Source: Bacteroidales bacterium (lineage in GTDB: Bacteria > Bacteroidota > Bacteroidia > Bacteroidales > UBA1402). Taken from it: a stretch of 64,000 nucleotides of DNA. Every line of letters begins with the position of its first letter. Position 1 is the first letter of the stretch. The notes under the pieces were generated by a model. The model did not search any database. It was not told where the DNA came from and saw only the letters and a program-made list of their open reading frames with translations. The translations under genes were made by a program, and so were the position numbers. The stretch is taken from assembly GCA_045627385.1 (NCBI GenBank), contig JAZQNO010000025.1:81997-145996 (forward strand), given 5' to 3'. Shown in pieces: positions 29,530 through 39,431 of this stretch.

Positions 29530-30786
29530 ATGAAACGCAAAATGTCCATATCGCATCCTGCCGTCCGTCGGATCTACACATCGATTCTGGCGCTTCTGAT
29601 GACGGCCTTCTGCGCCGCCGCCGAACTGAGGACCGTGCAGGTGCATCCGGCCGGTCATTGGGACAAATCGCCCGTCATAGCTTTGGGCGGTGAGGAACAG
29701 GTGGAAATCTCCTTCGACGAAATGTCGCATGACTATCATCGTTTCGCCTACCGTCTGATTCATTGCGATGCCGACTGGAAACGCTCGCGGATGAACGAAC
29801 TCGAATATATGGAGGGATTCTCCGAAAACGATGTCCCAGATGGAGAAAATTCACAGGGAACGCTTGTCGAATACACTCATTATCAATTGATATTACCAAA
29901 TGAGGATGTGTCGCTGAAACTGTCCGGCAACTACCGGGTGGAAATATTCGACAGAGATGCCGACGATGACAAGGCCATCGTCGAGGCTCGTTTCTCGGTG
30001 CTCGACCGCCAGTTCGGTGTGGAGGCATCGGCCTCGCCCGTCACGGCGCAGGGCTACAGCCAGACGAGCCATCAGGTGGAAGTGGAGGTGAAGACGCCTC
30101 AGGGACAGGTGAAGAGAGCCGACACCGAACTCAAGGTGACGGTCCGTCAGAACCGCCGCACCGATACGCAGGTGACGGCTTCGAAGCCGCAGATGCAGGG
30201 GCCCTCTTCCATCCGCTATCATTTCTGTCCGGAACTGGTCTTCAAGGCCGGCAACGAGTATCGCCGCTGCGAATTCTCCAGCTACAAGATCGGAGGAATG
30301 GGGGTGGACCGCATCCGTTTCGAGCGTCCTTATTACCATATCTGGCTCTACGAAGACGCTCCCCGGCTGAGCGGCTACACCTACGACGAAGATCAGGACG
30401 GCCGTTTCTACATCCGTTCGCAGCAAGCGTCTGACAATACGTTGGAGGCCGATTATTTTCAGGTACATTTCCGTCTGTCCATGCCGGCGGCTTTGCCGGG
30501 CGAAGTCTATTTGGGCGGCGATCTGACCGCCGGTCGTTTCGACGAATCCAGCCGTATGGCGTGGAGTCCGGAAGAAAAAGCCTACGTAGGCACCTTTCTG
30601 CTTAAACAGGGAGCCTACAACTATCAGTACTTTTACAGTGAAAACGGACAATCGCCCTCCGCTTCGCGCTTTGAAGGCGATTACTGGGCCACCGAAGACG
30701 AATACGAAGTCTTTGTCTATTTCCGTCCCATGGGCGGCCAGTACGACCAACTGGTCGGCTACAGCGATTTCAAATCAAAACCCTGA
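29530..30786 (+). CDS. DUF5103 / T9SS-plug-like domain protein
   Basis: It has a signal peptide. The family call is from memory of the N-terminal region (ISFDEMSHDYHRFAYRLIHCDADW). The ATG at 29530 is preferred, and a TATTTTTG box lies at 29507-29514. Confidence 0.55.
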   Translation: MKRKMSISHPAVRRIYTSILALLMTAFCAAAELRTVQVHPAGHWDKSPVIALGGEEQVEISFDEMSHDYHRFAYRLIHCDADWKRSRMNELEYMEGFSENDVPDGENSQGTLVEYTHYQLILPNEDVSLKLSGNYRVEIFDRDADDDKAIVEARFSVLDRQFGVEASASPVTAQGYSQTSHQVEVEVKTPQGQVKRADTELKVTVRQNRRTDTQVTASKPQMQGPSSIRYHFCPELVFKAGNEYRRCEFSSYKIGGMGVDRIRFERPYYHIWLYEDAPRLSGYTYDEDQDGRFYIRSQQASDNTLEADYFQVHFRLSMPAALPGEVYLGGDLTAGRFDESSRMAWSPEEKAYVGTFLLKQGAYNYQYFYSENGQSPSASRFEGDYWATEDEYEVFVYFRPMGGQYDQLVGYSDFKSKP

Positions 30787-30815
30787 CGGACGAATCCGTC
30801 AGGGCTTCTTCTTTT
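30781..30815 (+). terminator. rho-independent terminator
   Basis: A perfect 10-bp stem CCCTGACGGA-cgaa-TCCGTCAGGG is followed by a T-rich tract. The stem includes the stop codon. Confidence 0.7.
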
Positions 30816-30834
30816 ATTGGAAAATGGCTGCCGC

Positions 30835-32103
30835 TCAAGCAAAATTGGCGAGCAGATATTTTTCGGCTTCCAGGTTCCACAAACCCATGTGGGCCTTGCA
30901 GAGGCGGTCGAGTTCGGCGAAACGCGGGTCGTTCTTTCCGAGTTCTTCAAATTGGGCGATGGGCGTCAGCGGCATGTCGATGTGCGTGTAGATCAACTTC
31001 TTGCCACCGGGAATTTCGGGAAGATGGAGTGTGGTGTCGATGACGGCGTTCAGACCGCCGACATGGGTGACCAGTCCGGCGGGATCCATACCCAGACCCA
31101 TCAGATGGAGCGCCTCCTTCATGTCGTCGGTGTTGCCGCCGCTGGTGCCCACCACGTGCGTGTAAGCATAATGGACATTGTAGAAATTGAACATGGCGCT
31201 GAAGTCGGGCTTGCCCGGGCCGGCGAAGAAGTTCAGACAGCCGTCGAAACCCAGAATGGCGTCGGCCTGTTCGGCGACGGCGCGAACGGGAGCGAAACAG
31301 AAGACATCGTCATAGCCCTTGCCTCCGTTGATGGCTTTCAGCTCTTCGGCGGGATTCTCCATCTTGCCGGTGTTGACATAGCGCAGGTCGATGCCTCTCG
31401 AAGCGGCGAATTCAACCGTGTAAAGCGAAGCGGCGCGGTCCAGACGTGCCTGGTCCATGTCGGTGACCACCAGCAGGGAAGGATGACGGTCTTCGCGGTG
31501 CAGCACATAGTTGATGGCGGCCAGTCCCATAGGACCTACGCCGGCCAGAATGGCCATCTTGCCGTTCTCCTTGATTTCCATGTTGTGCACGTAGCAGCCC
31601 GGAGTGATGTGGTAGCAGGCGTGCATGGCGCCAATGACACAGCTCAGAGGCTCGGACAGGGAAGCAGGGTAGTAGCCTTCGCCCTTGAAAGGCAGCAGGC
31701 AGCCCAGTTCCATGACTTCGCGGGGAATGATGACATATGTGGCGTCACCGCCGATGTAGCGGTAGGAATATCCGGGAGCGCTGAGAACGCCCACGGGACC
31801 GTCTTCGTAGTTGAGGGCCGGCTGGATGGAGAACTTGTCGCCGACCTTGAACTTGTCGGCCCAGAACTTGCCGACTTCGACCAGTTCGCCGGCGAATTCG
31901 TGGCCGATGATGACCGGGTTTTCGGCCACGTTGTCGGGGACGCGCTTGTGGTCGGCACCCTGGTTGGAGGCTTTATAAGATGACATGCAGATGCTGTCAC
32001 AGATGACTTTGGCCAGTATCTCGTCGTCTTTGATGGCGGGAAGTTCGTAGCTCTCCAGACGGAGATCCTGTTTGCCGTAAAGGCGTACTGCTTTTGCTTT
32101 CAT
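30835..32103 (-). CDS. zinc-dependent medium-chain dehydrogenase/reductase (sugar/polyol-phosphate dehydrogenase-like)
   Basis: 422 aa with the GHEFAGELVEVG zinc block and the LAGVGPMG nucleotide fold. Confidence 0.75.
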   Translation of the reverse strand: MKAKAVRLYGKQDLRLESYELPAIKDDEILAKVICDSICMSSYKASNQGADHKRVPDNVAENPVIIGHEFAGELVEVGKFWADKFKVGDKFSIQPALNYEDGPVGVLSAPGYSYRYIGGDATYVIIPREVMELGCLLPFKGEGYYPASLSEPLSCVIGAMHACYHITPGCYVHNMEIKENGKMAILAGVGPMGLAAINYVLHREDRHPSLLVVTDMDQARLDRAASLYTVEFAASRGIDLRYVNTGKMENPAEELKAINGGKGYDDVFCFAPVRAVAEQADAILGFDGCLNFFAGPGKPDFSAMFNFYNVHYAYTHVVGTSGGNTDDMKEALHLMGLGMDPAGLVTHVGGLNAVIDTTLHLPEIPGGKKLIYTHIDMPLTPIAQFEELGKNDPRFAELDRLCKAHMGLWNLEAEKYLLANFA

Positions 32104-32177
32104 ATCGGGTCAGATTTTTTTATTGGTTTCGTGCTGCGAAGATACATCAAAATAGATGTGGAAACAAATAATTTGTT

Positions 32178-32185
32178 TATCTTTG
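32178..32185 (+). promoter_or_regulatory. -7 box TATCTTTG for purH-mre operon
   Basis: It matches TAnnTTTG and lies about 59 nt upstream of the purH ATG. Confidence 0.4.
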
Positions 32186-32243
32186 CAGCATTAAGAAAAA
32201 GAGTGGTTTTCCCCATTTGACATAATTGCATAACTACACTTAT

Positions 32244-33767
32244 ATGGCTGAATTGAAAAAAATTAGAAAAGCTCTGATCTCTGTCTTCTATAAAGACGGT
32301 CTGGATGAGATTCTCAAGAAATTGAACGAGGAAGGCGTGGCCTTCATCTCGACAGGTGGTACACAGCAGTTCATCGAGTCTCTCGGTTATCCCTGCGAAA
32401 AGGTCGAAGACCTGACCGGATATCCTTCGATTCTCGGCGGCCGCGTCAAGACCCTTCACCCCAAAGTGTTCGGCGGCATCCTTACCCGCCGCGAGGAAGA
32501 AGGCGACTGCCGCCAGTGCGCCCAATATGAAATTCCCGAAATCGACCTGGTCATCGTAGACCTGTATCCTTTCGAGGCGACCGTGGCTTCGGGAGCCTGC
32601 GCCGAAGACATCATCGAAAAGATCGACATCGGCGGCATCTCGCTCATCCGTGCGGCCGCCAAAAACTTCAAGGATGTCGTCATCGTGGCTTCCAAGAACC
32701 AGTACGGCGCCCTGCTCGACGTGCTCAACAAAAACGGCGCCGAAACCTCCATCGAAGAACGCAAGTGGTTCGCCAAAGAAGCCTTCAAAGTGTCTTCCGG
32801 CTACGACACCCACATCTTCAACTGGTTCGACAACAACGACGCATCTGCCTTCCGCATGGCCGTCGACAGTTCGCGTCCGTTGCGCTACGGCGAGAACCCT
32901 CATCAGAAGGCTGCCTTCTACGGCGATTTCGAAGAAATGTTCGAACAGCTGCAGGGTAAGGAAATCTCCTACAACAATCTGCTCGACATCGATGCCGCCG
33001 TTTCTCTGGTGAACGAATTCGACGACACCACCTTCGTCATCATCAAGCACAACAACGCCTGCGGCGTGGCCACCCGTCCGACCCTGCTCGAGGCTTGGAA
33101 CGCCGCTCTGGCAGGCGACCCCGTCTCTGCCTTCGGCGGCATCTTCGCCTGCAACCGTCCCGTCGACAAGGAGACCGCCGAGGAAATCAACAAACTCTTC
33201 TTCGAGGCCATCATCGCTCCCGACTATGACGCGGAGGCGCTGGCTGTCCTTTCCCAGAAGAAGAACCGCATCATCCTGGTGCAGAAAGAACTGCCCGCCA
33301 TCCGCAAACAGTTCCGCAGCATCTTCAACGGCGTGCTGGTGCAGGACATCGACACCCATACCGAGCAGCCGGGCGAACTGCAGCCCACCACCATCGTCGA
33401 ACCCACCGAAAAACAGGTGGCCGACCTGCTCTTCGCCAACATCATTGTCAAGCATAACAAATCCAACGCCATCGTTCTGGCCAAAGACGGCCAGCTCTGC
33501 GCTTCGGGCGTAGGCCAGACATCCCGCGTGGATGCCCTCCGTCAGGCCATCGACAAGGCCCGCTCCTTCGGTTTCGACCTTCAGGGCGCCGTGATGGCTT
33601 CCGATGCCTTCTTCCCCTTCCCCGATTGTGTGGAAATCGCTCACGACGCCGGTATCGAAGCTGTCATCCATCCGGGCGGCTCCATCAACGACCAGAAGTC
33701 GATCGATTACTGCAACGAGCATCAGATGGCTATGGTCACCACCGGTTTCAGACATTTCAAACACTGA
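32244..33767 (+). CDS. purH: bifunctional AICAR transformylase / IMP cyclohydrolase
   Basis: The ATG is at 32244 (MAELKKIRKALISVFYKDGL). The product has an MGS-like domain followed by an AICARFT domain. Confidence 0.93.
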   Translation: MAELKKIRKALISVFYKDGLDEILKKLNEEGVAFISTGGTQQFIESLGYPCEKVEDLTGYPSILGGRVKTLHPKVFGGILTRREEEGDCRQCAQYEIPEIDLVIVDLYPFEATVASGACAEDIIEKIDIGGISLIRAAAKNFKDVVIVASKNQYGALLDVLNKNGAETSIEERKWFAKEAFKVSSGYDTHIFNWFDNNDASAFRMAVDSSRPLRYGENPHQKAAFYGDFEEMFEQLQGKEISYNNLLDIDAAVSLVNEFDDTTFVIIKHNNACGVATRPTLLEAWNAALAGDPVSAFGGIFACNRPVDKETAEEINKLFFEAIIAPDYDAEALAVLSQKKNRIILVQKELPAIRKQFRSIFNGVLVQDIDTHTEQPGELQPTTIVEPTEKQVADLLFANIIVKHNKSNAIVLAKDGQLCASGVGQTSRVDALRQAIDKARSFGFDLQGAVMASDAFFPFPDCVEIAHDAGIEAVIHPGGSINDQKSIDYCNEHQMAMVTTGFRHFKH

Positions 33768-33773
33768 TCAGAT

Positions 33774-34793
33774 ATGGGTCTTCTTTCATTCTCCCAAAAA
33801 ATTGCGATGGACCTCGGTACGGCCAACACCGTCATTTTCTGCAATGACAAGGTGGTGATCGACGAACCGAGCGTAGTCGCCATGGACAACAAGACGGGCC
33901 GCACCATCGCCGTAGGCGAAAAAGCCCGCCTCATGTACGAGAAAGGTCATGAGAACATCAAGACCGTACGTCCCCTGCGCGACGGCGTCATCGCCGATTT
34001 CAACGCAGCCGAGCAGATGATCCGCGGATTCATCAAAATGGTCAATCCCCGCAGTGGCGGTCTGTTCTCCTCGCTCCGCATGGTGGTCTGCATCCCTTCG
34101 GGTTCGACCGAAGTGGAACTGCGTGCCGTGCGCGACTCTGCCGAACACGTCGGCGGCCGCGAGGTCTATATGATCTACGAACCCATGGCCGCAGCCATCG
34201 GCATCGGCATCGATGTGGAAGCTCCCGAAGGCAACATGATTGTCGACATCGGCGGCGGTACCACCGAAATCGCCGTCATTTCGCTGGGCGGTCTGGTGGC
34301 CAACAAGTCTATCCGCATCGCCGGTGACGATTTCACGGCCGACATCCAGGAATACATGCGCCGCCAGCACAATCTGCGCATCGGCGAACGCACAGCCGAA
34401 CAGATCAAGATCCATGTGGGTTCGGCCATGACCGAACTGGACAATCCGCCGGAGGATTTCATCGTCCGCGGTGCCAACCAGATGACGGCTCTGCCTATGG
34501 AAGTGCCCGTTTCGTATGTGGAAATCTCCCATTGTCTCGAAAAATCCGTTTCTAAAGTGGAGACGGCCGTCTTGAGCGCTCTGGAGCAGACTCCCGCCGA
34601 ACTGTACACCGACATTGTCCGCAACGGCATCTACCTGACCGGCGGCGGCGCTTTGCTCCGCGGCCTGGCCCAGCGTCTGACCAACAAGATCAACATTCCG
34701 TTCATCGTGCCTGAAGATCCGCTCCATGCCGTCGCACGCGGCACCAGCGTGGCCCTCAAACACATCGGAAATTACAACTTCCTGATCCGCTGA
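33774..34793 (+). CDS. mreB: rod shape-determining protein MreB
   Basis: 339 aa with the actin-fold blocks DLGTANT and DIGGGTTE. Confidence 0.95.
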   Translation: MGLLSFSQKIAMDLGTANTVIFCNDKVVIDEPSVVAMDNKTGRTIAVGEKARLMYEKGHENIKTVRPLRDGVIADFNAAEQMIRGFIKMVNPRSGGLFSSLRMVVCIPSGSTEVELRAVRDSAEHVGGREVYMIYEPMAAAIGIGIDVEAPEGNMIVDIGGGTTEIAVISLGGLVANKSIRIAGDDFTADIQEYMRRQHNLRIGERTAEQIKIHVGSAMTELDNPPEDFIVRGANQMTALPMEVPVSYVEISHCLEKSVSKVETAVLSALEQTPAELYTDIVRNGIYLTGGGALLRGLAQRLTNKINIPFIVPEDPLHAVARGTSVALKHIGNYNFLIR

Positions 34794-35614
34794 TGCATTC
34801 TCTGCTGCAGTTCATCTCCAGATACGGCCGTACGCTGCTGTTTCTTGTGCTCGAAGCTGCGGCTTTGGTGATGCTTTTCGCCTTCAACGACTTCCATCAG
34901 AGCGTGGCCTTCACTTCGGCCAGCCGTTTCAACGGAAACATCTACGAATGGCGTCACCGGGCAAGCGACTACTTCCAGCTCCGCGAGAAGAACCGTCAGC
35001 TCTGGCAGGAGAATGCCCGATTGGAAAAGCGCATTGCGCAATTGGAAGCCAACCTGCAAGGAATCGAAATCCGGGATTTGAAAGAATCCTTGGATTTCGA
35101 TTTCATTTTCAGCCGTGTCATCAAGAACGACGTCACCCACAACGCCAACTACCTGACCATCGACGCGGGCAGTTCCGAGGGCGTGAAAAAGGGCATGGGC
35201 GTGATGAGTCCCGAGGGCATCGTCGGAATGGTGGTCTCCTGCTCCGACCATTATGCGCTGGTGGCTTCGGTCCTGAATGTGCGCAACCGTTTCAGCTGCA
35301 TGACGAAAAACAGCCACGTAGTGGGCTCTCTCAGTTGGGACGGATTGGACAGCCGTTATGCCTGGATGGAGGAAATGCCCGGCTACCTGATGTGGAACGA
35401 AGGCGACACGGTGGTCACCAGCGGTTTTTCCAATTCTTTCCCTGAAGGTATACCCGTGGGGGTGATCGAATCGGTAGAAAAGAAGAACAACGACAATTTT
35501 TACCGTTCCAAAGTCCGCCTGTTCACCCGCTTCGAGACTTTGTCGGACGTACGCATCTTTTACCGTCTGCTCGATGACGAGCAACAACTGTTGGAAAAGG
35601 AGGCCAGACTATGA
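34793..35614 (+). CDS. mreC: rod shape-determining protein MreC
   Basis: 273 aa with an N-terminal TM helix and a coiled coil. Its position between mreB and mreD supports the call. Confidence 0.85.
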   Translation: MHSLLQFISRYGRTLLFLVLEAAALVMLFAFNDFHQSVAFTSASRFNGNIYEWRHRASDYFQLREKNRQLWQENARLEKRIAQLEANLQGIEIRDLKESLDFDFIFSRVIKNDVTHNANYLTIDAGSSEGVKKGMGVMSPEGIVGMVVSCSDHYALVASVLNVRNRFSCMTKNSHVVGSLSWDGLDSRYAWMEEMPGYLMWNEGDTVVTSGFSNSFPEGIPVGVIESVEKKNNDNFYRSKVRLFTRFETLSDVRIFYRLLDDEQQLLEKEARL

Positions 35615-36102
35615 ACGCGCGAAGTCTCAAGCACATAGCCATTGCGCTGCTGCTGGTCCTGATCCAGTGTTTCGTGCTGCAGTCGACCAGTTTCCTGTCG
35701 GCTGTGCCGCTTCTCTATGTGTATGCCCTCATCATCTGGCCCAGCGACATGCCTGTCGGCCGTTCACTGCTGGCCGCCTTTGCCATCGGTCTCCTGGTGG
35801 ACATCCTGTCCGACACGCCCGGCATGCACACGTCGGCCTCGGTCCTTGCGGCCTTTATCCGCCAGCCTTTGCTCAGCAGCTCCGGCCGCATCGACAACGA
35901 CGATATCGAACCCGGTGAAAAATCCATGGGATTCATCGACTTCTGGAAATATGCACTCGTGATGGTCCTGTGCCATCATTTCACTCTTTATCTGGTCGAG
36001 TCTTTCTCCTTCTTCAATCTGGTGCATCTGCTGCTGAAGACTCTCCTCAGTTCGGCCATGACACTGGTGCTGGTCTTTCTCCTGGAACGTTTCCGCAAAT
36101 AA
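35611..36102 (+). CDS. mreD: rod shape-determining protein MreD
   Basis: 163 aa, polytopic and hydrophobic, with a 4-nt overlap with mreC. Confidence 0.8.
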   Translation: MNARSLKHIAIALLLVLIQCFVLQSTSFLSAVPLLYVYALIIWPSDMPVGRSLLAAFAIGLLVDILSDTPGMHTSASVLAAFIRQPLLSSSGRIDNDDIEPGEKSMGFIDFWKYALVMVLCHHFTLYLVESFSFFNLVHLLLKTLLSSAMTLVLVFLLERFRK

Positions 36103-36114
36103 GGGCTCCTTACG

Positions 36115-37977
36115 ATGGAACGCGAGAACAATCACGAAGGTCGCAGCACGGTCATCATCGGCATCATCATCGGTGTCGCACTCATCTATCTGCTCCGTCT
36201 GGCCCTGCTCCAGCTCGTGGGCGGCCAGTATGCTGAATATGCCGACAGCAATGCCCAGTACCGCAAGACCATCTACCCCGAACGGGGCATCCTGTACGAC
36301 CGCAACGGCAAGGTGATGGTCTACAACAGCCCGTTCTACGATCTGATGGTGACCGTCCGCGAGATGAAGGAACTCGATACGCTGGCATTCTGCCGAACGC
36401 TCGACATCACTCCCGACTTTTTCGAAAAGCGGATGGGCGAGCTCAAGAACCGTCGTCTCAACCCGGGCTATTCGTCCTACACGCCCCAATGTTTCCTTTC
36501 GCAGCTGACGGTAGAACAGTACGGACCGCTGCAGGAAGCCATCTACGATTTTCCCGGTTTTTCCATTCAGAAAAGGTCTCTGCGGGCCTATACCCGTCCG
36601 ATTGCCGCCCATGCCTTGGGCTATGTCGGCGAGGTCAGCCGCAAGGACATCGAGGACGACGGCTATTATACGGCCGGTGACTACAGCGGCCGTTCGGGCA
36701 TCGAAAAGATGTACGAAAAAGACCTCCGCGGTGAAAAAGGCTACGAAGTGTATCTGCGCGACGTCCACGGCCGTATCAAAGGATCCTACAACGAAGGCCA
36801 CAAGGATCTGGCTCCGCTGTCGGGCCGTGATCTGACACTTTCCATCGACATGGACCTTCAGGAATATGCCGAACAGCTGATGGTGAACAAACGCGGCGCT
36901 GTCGTAGCCATAGAGCCGGCCACCGGCGAAATCCTGACATTCGTTTCGGCCCCGACCTACGATCCCAAGCTGCTGGTCGGTCACGAAAGTTCATCCAACT
37001 ACCGGATGCTCGAGTCGTCTCCCCACAAGATATTCTTGAACCGACCCATTCAGTCGTTCTATCCACCGGGATCCACATTCAAGCCGATGCAGGCGCTGAT
37101 TCTGCTGCAGGAAGGCATCATCACCCCTCAGTCGGAATTTCCCTGTCACGAAGGATACGTTTTCGCTCCCGGCATGAAACTGGGCTGTCACAGCCACCGC
37201 TCGCCTCTGGACCTGCAGGATGCGCTTTCGGCTTCGTGCAACGGCTACTTCGCCGCAGCCTACCGTCAGATGGTGGACAGCCGCAAATACGCCAATGTGC
37301 AGGAATCGATGGATGTCTGGCGGGCACACGTCAGCTCTTTCGGCTATGGAGCGCGTTTGGGAGTGGACATGGCCTACGAACAGCCGGGAATGATTCCCAC
37401 TTCCGCCTTTTACGACAGAATCTACGGCAAGACCGGTTGGAAAGGCTCCACCATCATTTCCAACTCCATCGGTCAGGGCGAAATCCTGGCCACCCCTCTT
37501 CAGATAGCCAATTTTTGTGCCACCATCTGCAACCGCGGATGGTACTGCACACCCCATATCGTCAAGCAGGTCGAAGGAAAGCCTCTTGATGAAAAATACA
37601 CGCAGCGCCACTATGTCACCGTCGATTCGACTTATTTCGATGCCATCGTTAAGGGTATGCGCGGCGCGGTGACTTCACCCATCGGCACTTCTCGGGGAGT
37701 GGCGATACCGGGCATTGAGGTTTGTGGCAAGACCGGCACGGCCGAAAATGCCGGAGTGGACCATTCCATCTTCATGTGTTTCGCTCCCATGGAACAGCCG
37801 AAAATCTGTCTGCTGGTCTTTATCGAAAACGGCGGCTTCGGCGCCACTTGGGCTGTGCCCATGGCCAGTCTCCTTTTGGAGAAATATCTCAAAGGCGACA
37901 TTGCCGCCAACCGCAAATGGATGGAAACCCGATTGTTGAACGCAGATCTGATGAATGTCGAACCTGTCGAGAAATAG
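36115..37977 (+). CDS. mrdA: penicillin-binding protein 2 (elongasome transpeptidase)
   Basis: 620 aa with STFKP (SxxK) and KTGTAE (KTG). Confidence 0.92.
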   Translation: MERENNHEGRSTVIIGIIIGVALIYLLRLALLQLVGGQYAEYADSNAQYRKTIYPERGILYDRNGKVMVYNSPFYDLMVTVREMKELDTLAFCRTLDITPDFFEKRMGELKNRRLNPGYSSYTPQCFLSQLTVEQYGPLQEAIYDFPGFSIQKRSLRAYTRPIAAHALGYVGEVSRKDIEDDGYYTAGDYSGRSGIEKMYEKDLRGEKGYEVYLRDVHGRIKGSYNEGHKDLAPLSGRDLTLSIDMDLQEYAEQLMVNKRGAVVAIEPATGEILTFVSAPTYDPKLLVGHESSSNYRMLESSPHKIFLNRPIQSFYPPGSTFKPMQALILLQEGIITPQSEFPCHEGYVFAPGMKLGCHSHRSPLDLQDALSASCNGYFAAAYRQMVDSRKYANVQESMDVWRAHVSSFGYGARLGVDMAYEQPGMIPTSAFYDRIYGKTGWKGSTIISNSIGQGEILATPLQIANFCATICNRGWYCTPHIVKQVEGKPLDEKYTQRHYVTVDSTYFDAIVKGMRGAVTSPIGTSRGVAIPGIEVCGKTGTAENAGVDHSIFMCFAPMEQPKICLLVFIENGGFGATWAVPMASLLLEKYLKGDIAANRKWMETRLLNADLMNVEPVEK

Positions 37978-39418
37978 TACCAACATCCTCAAGACCCTCG
38001 ATTATCAGGTCTTGCTGATCTATCTGGTCCTGGTCTTCTGGGGCTGGCTGACCATTTACAGCGCCAGTTACAACTACGACAGCGCTCAGATTTTCAGCCA
38101 GTCGCTCGTTTCAGGCAAGCAGTTCGTTTGGATTGCCATCAGCCTGCTGGCCGGTTTCGTGCTGCTGATTGTCGACTCGCGCTGGTATTTCGATATAGCT
38201 GGTTTTCTTTACGTCTTGGTCATGTTCGTGCTGTTGGTGACGGCTTTGGTCGCACCCGACATCAAAGGCTCGCGCAGTTGGCTGGTACTCGGACCGATAC
38301 GCATACAACCGGCCGAGTTCGCCAAGTTCGCAACGGCGCTGGCGCTGGCCAAATGCATCAGCAAGCGCGGTTTCAGCGGGAAAAGTCTGCGTCAGGATTT
38401 CCTGTCGTTCCTGATCATCCTCCTGCCGATGGCCCTCATCGTCATGGAGAAGGAAACCGGCTCGGCATTGGTCTATGTGGCCCTGTTGCTGGTCCTCTAC
38501 CGCGAAGGCATGCCGGGCGGCATCCTGTTGGCCGGTGTGTGCGCAGTCGCCTATTTCATCGTGGGCATCCGATTCGGCAGCCAGGCCATTTTAGGCCAGA
38601 CCAGTCTGGGCCTCTTCATCTGTCTGCTTTTGGTCGAAATACTCACACTGGCCATTTTCGCCTGGTTCAACGCCAAAGAACGCCCGACCATGAAGTGGCT
38701 CGCCCTGTCGTTTCTGGGGGCCCTTCTGTTGGCGGCTCTGGTCTGCCAGTTGATACGTCCTTTCGACCTGTGCTATGTGCTTCTGGCCGAACTGGCGGTC
38801 GTTTTCGCCTACATTTTCATGGGGACCTTCAAACGCCCGCTCCAGAAAGCATGGATCTGTCTGCTGTTTCTCGTGGGTTCGGTCGGCTTCATCTATGCGA
38901 CCGATTACGTGTTCGACCACCTGGCGCCCCATCAGCAGGCGCGCATTCAGGTGCTGCTGGGCGTCATCGACGATCCGAGCGGTGTGGGCTACAATGTCAA
39001 TCAGGCCAAAATATCCATCGGTTCGGGCGGTTTTCACGGAAAAGGCTATCTGAACGGCACTCAGACCAAACTCAAATATGTGCCCGAGCAGAATACCGAC
39101 TTCATCTTCTGCACCATCGGCGAGGAGCTCGGCTTTGCGGGCGCGCTGGTGCTCATCTTCCTGTATGTGTATCTGCAGTGCCGCATCATCCTTATGGCCG
39201 AACGTCAGCGCAACCGCTTCGTCCGCGTCTACGGCTATTGCGTCTCCAGCATATTCTTCTTCCATTTTCTCATCAATCTGGGAATGGTGCTTGGTATTAT
39301 GCCGGTCATTGGCATACCTTTGCCTTTCTTCAGCTACGGAGGTTCGTCCTTGCTCGGATTCACCATACTGCTGTTCATCTTCCTGAGAATGGATGCCGAC
39401 CGTTTCCGATACAATTAA
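37955..39418 (+). CDS. rodA: SEDS-family peptidoglycan polymerase RodA
   Basis: 487 aa, polytopic, with FtsW/RodA/SpoVE blocks (PEQNTDFIFCTIGEELGF, PFFSYGGSS). Confidence 0.9.
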   Translation: MSNLSRNSTNILKTLDYQVLLIYLVLVFWGWLTIYSASYNYDSAQIFSQSLVSGKQFVWIAISLLAGFVLLIVDSRWYFDIAGFLYVLVMFVLLVTALVAPDIKGSRSWLVLGPIRIQPAEFAKFATALALAKCISKRGFSGKSLRQDFLSFLIILLPMALIVMEKETGSALVYVALLLVLYREGMPGGILLAGVCAVAYFIVGIRFGSQAILGQTSLGLFICLLLVEILTLAIFAWFNAKERPTMKWLALSFLGALLLAALVCQLIRPFDLCYVLLAELAVVFAYIFMGTFKRPLQKAWICLLFLVGSVGFIYATDYVFDHLAPHQQARIQVLLGVIDDPSGVGYNVNQAKISIGSGGFHGKGYLNGTQTKLKYVPEQNTDFIFCTIGEELGFAGALVLIFLYVYLQCRIILMAERQRNRFVRVYGYCVSSIFFFHFLINLGMVLGIMPVIGIPLPFFSYGGSSLLGFTILLFIFLRMDADRFRYN

Positions 39419-39431
39419 AAATGTCCTAGAT

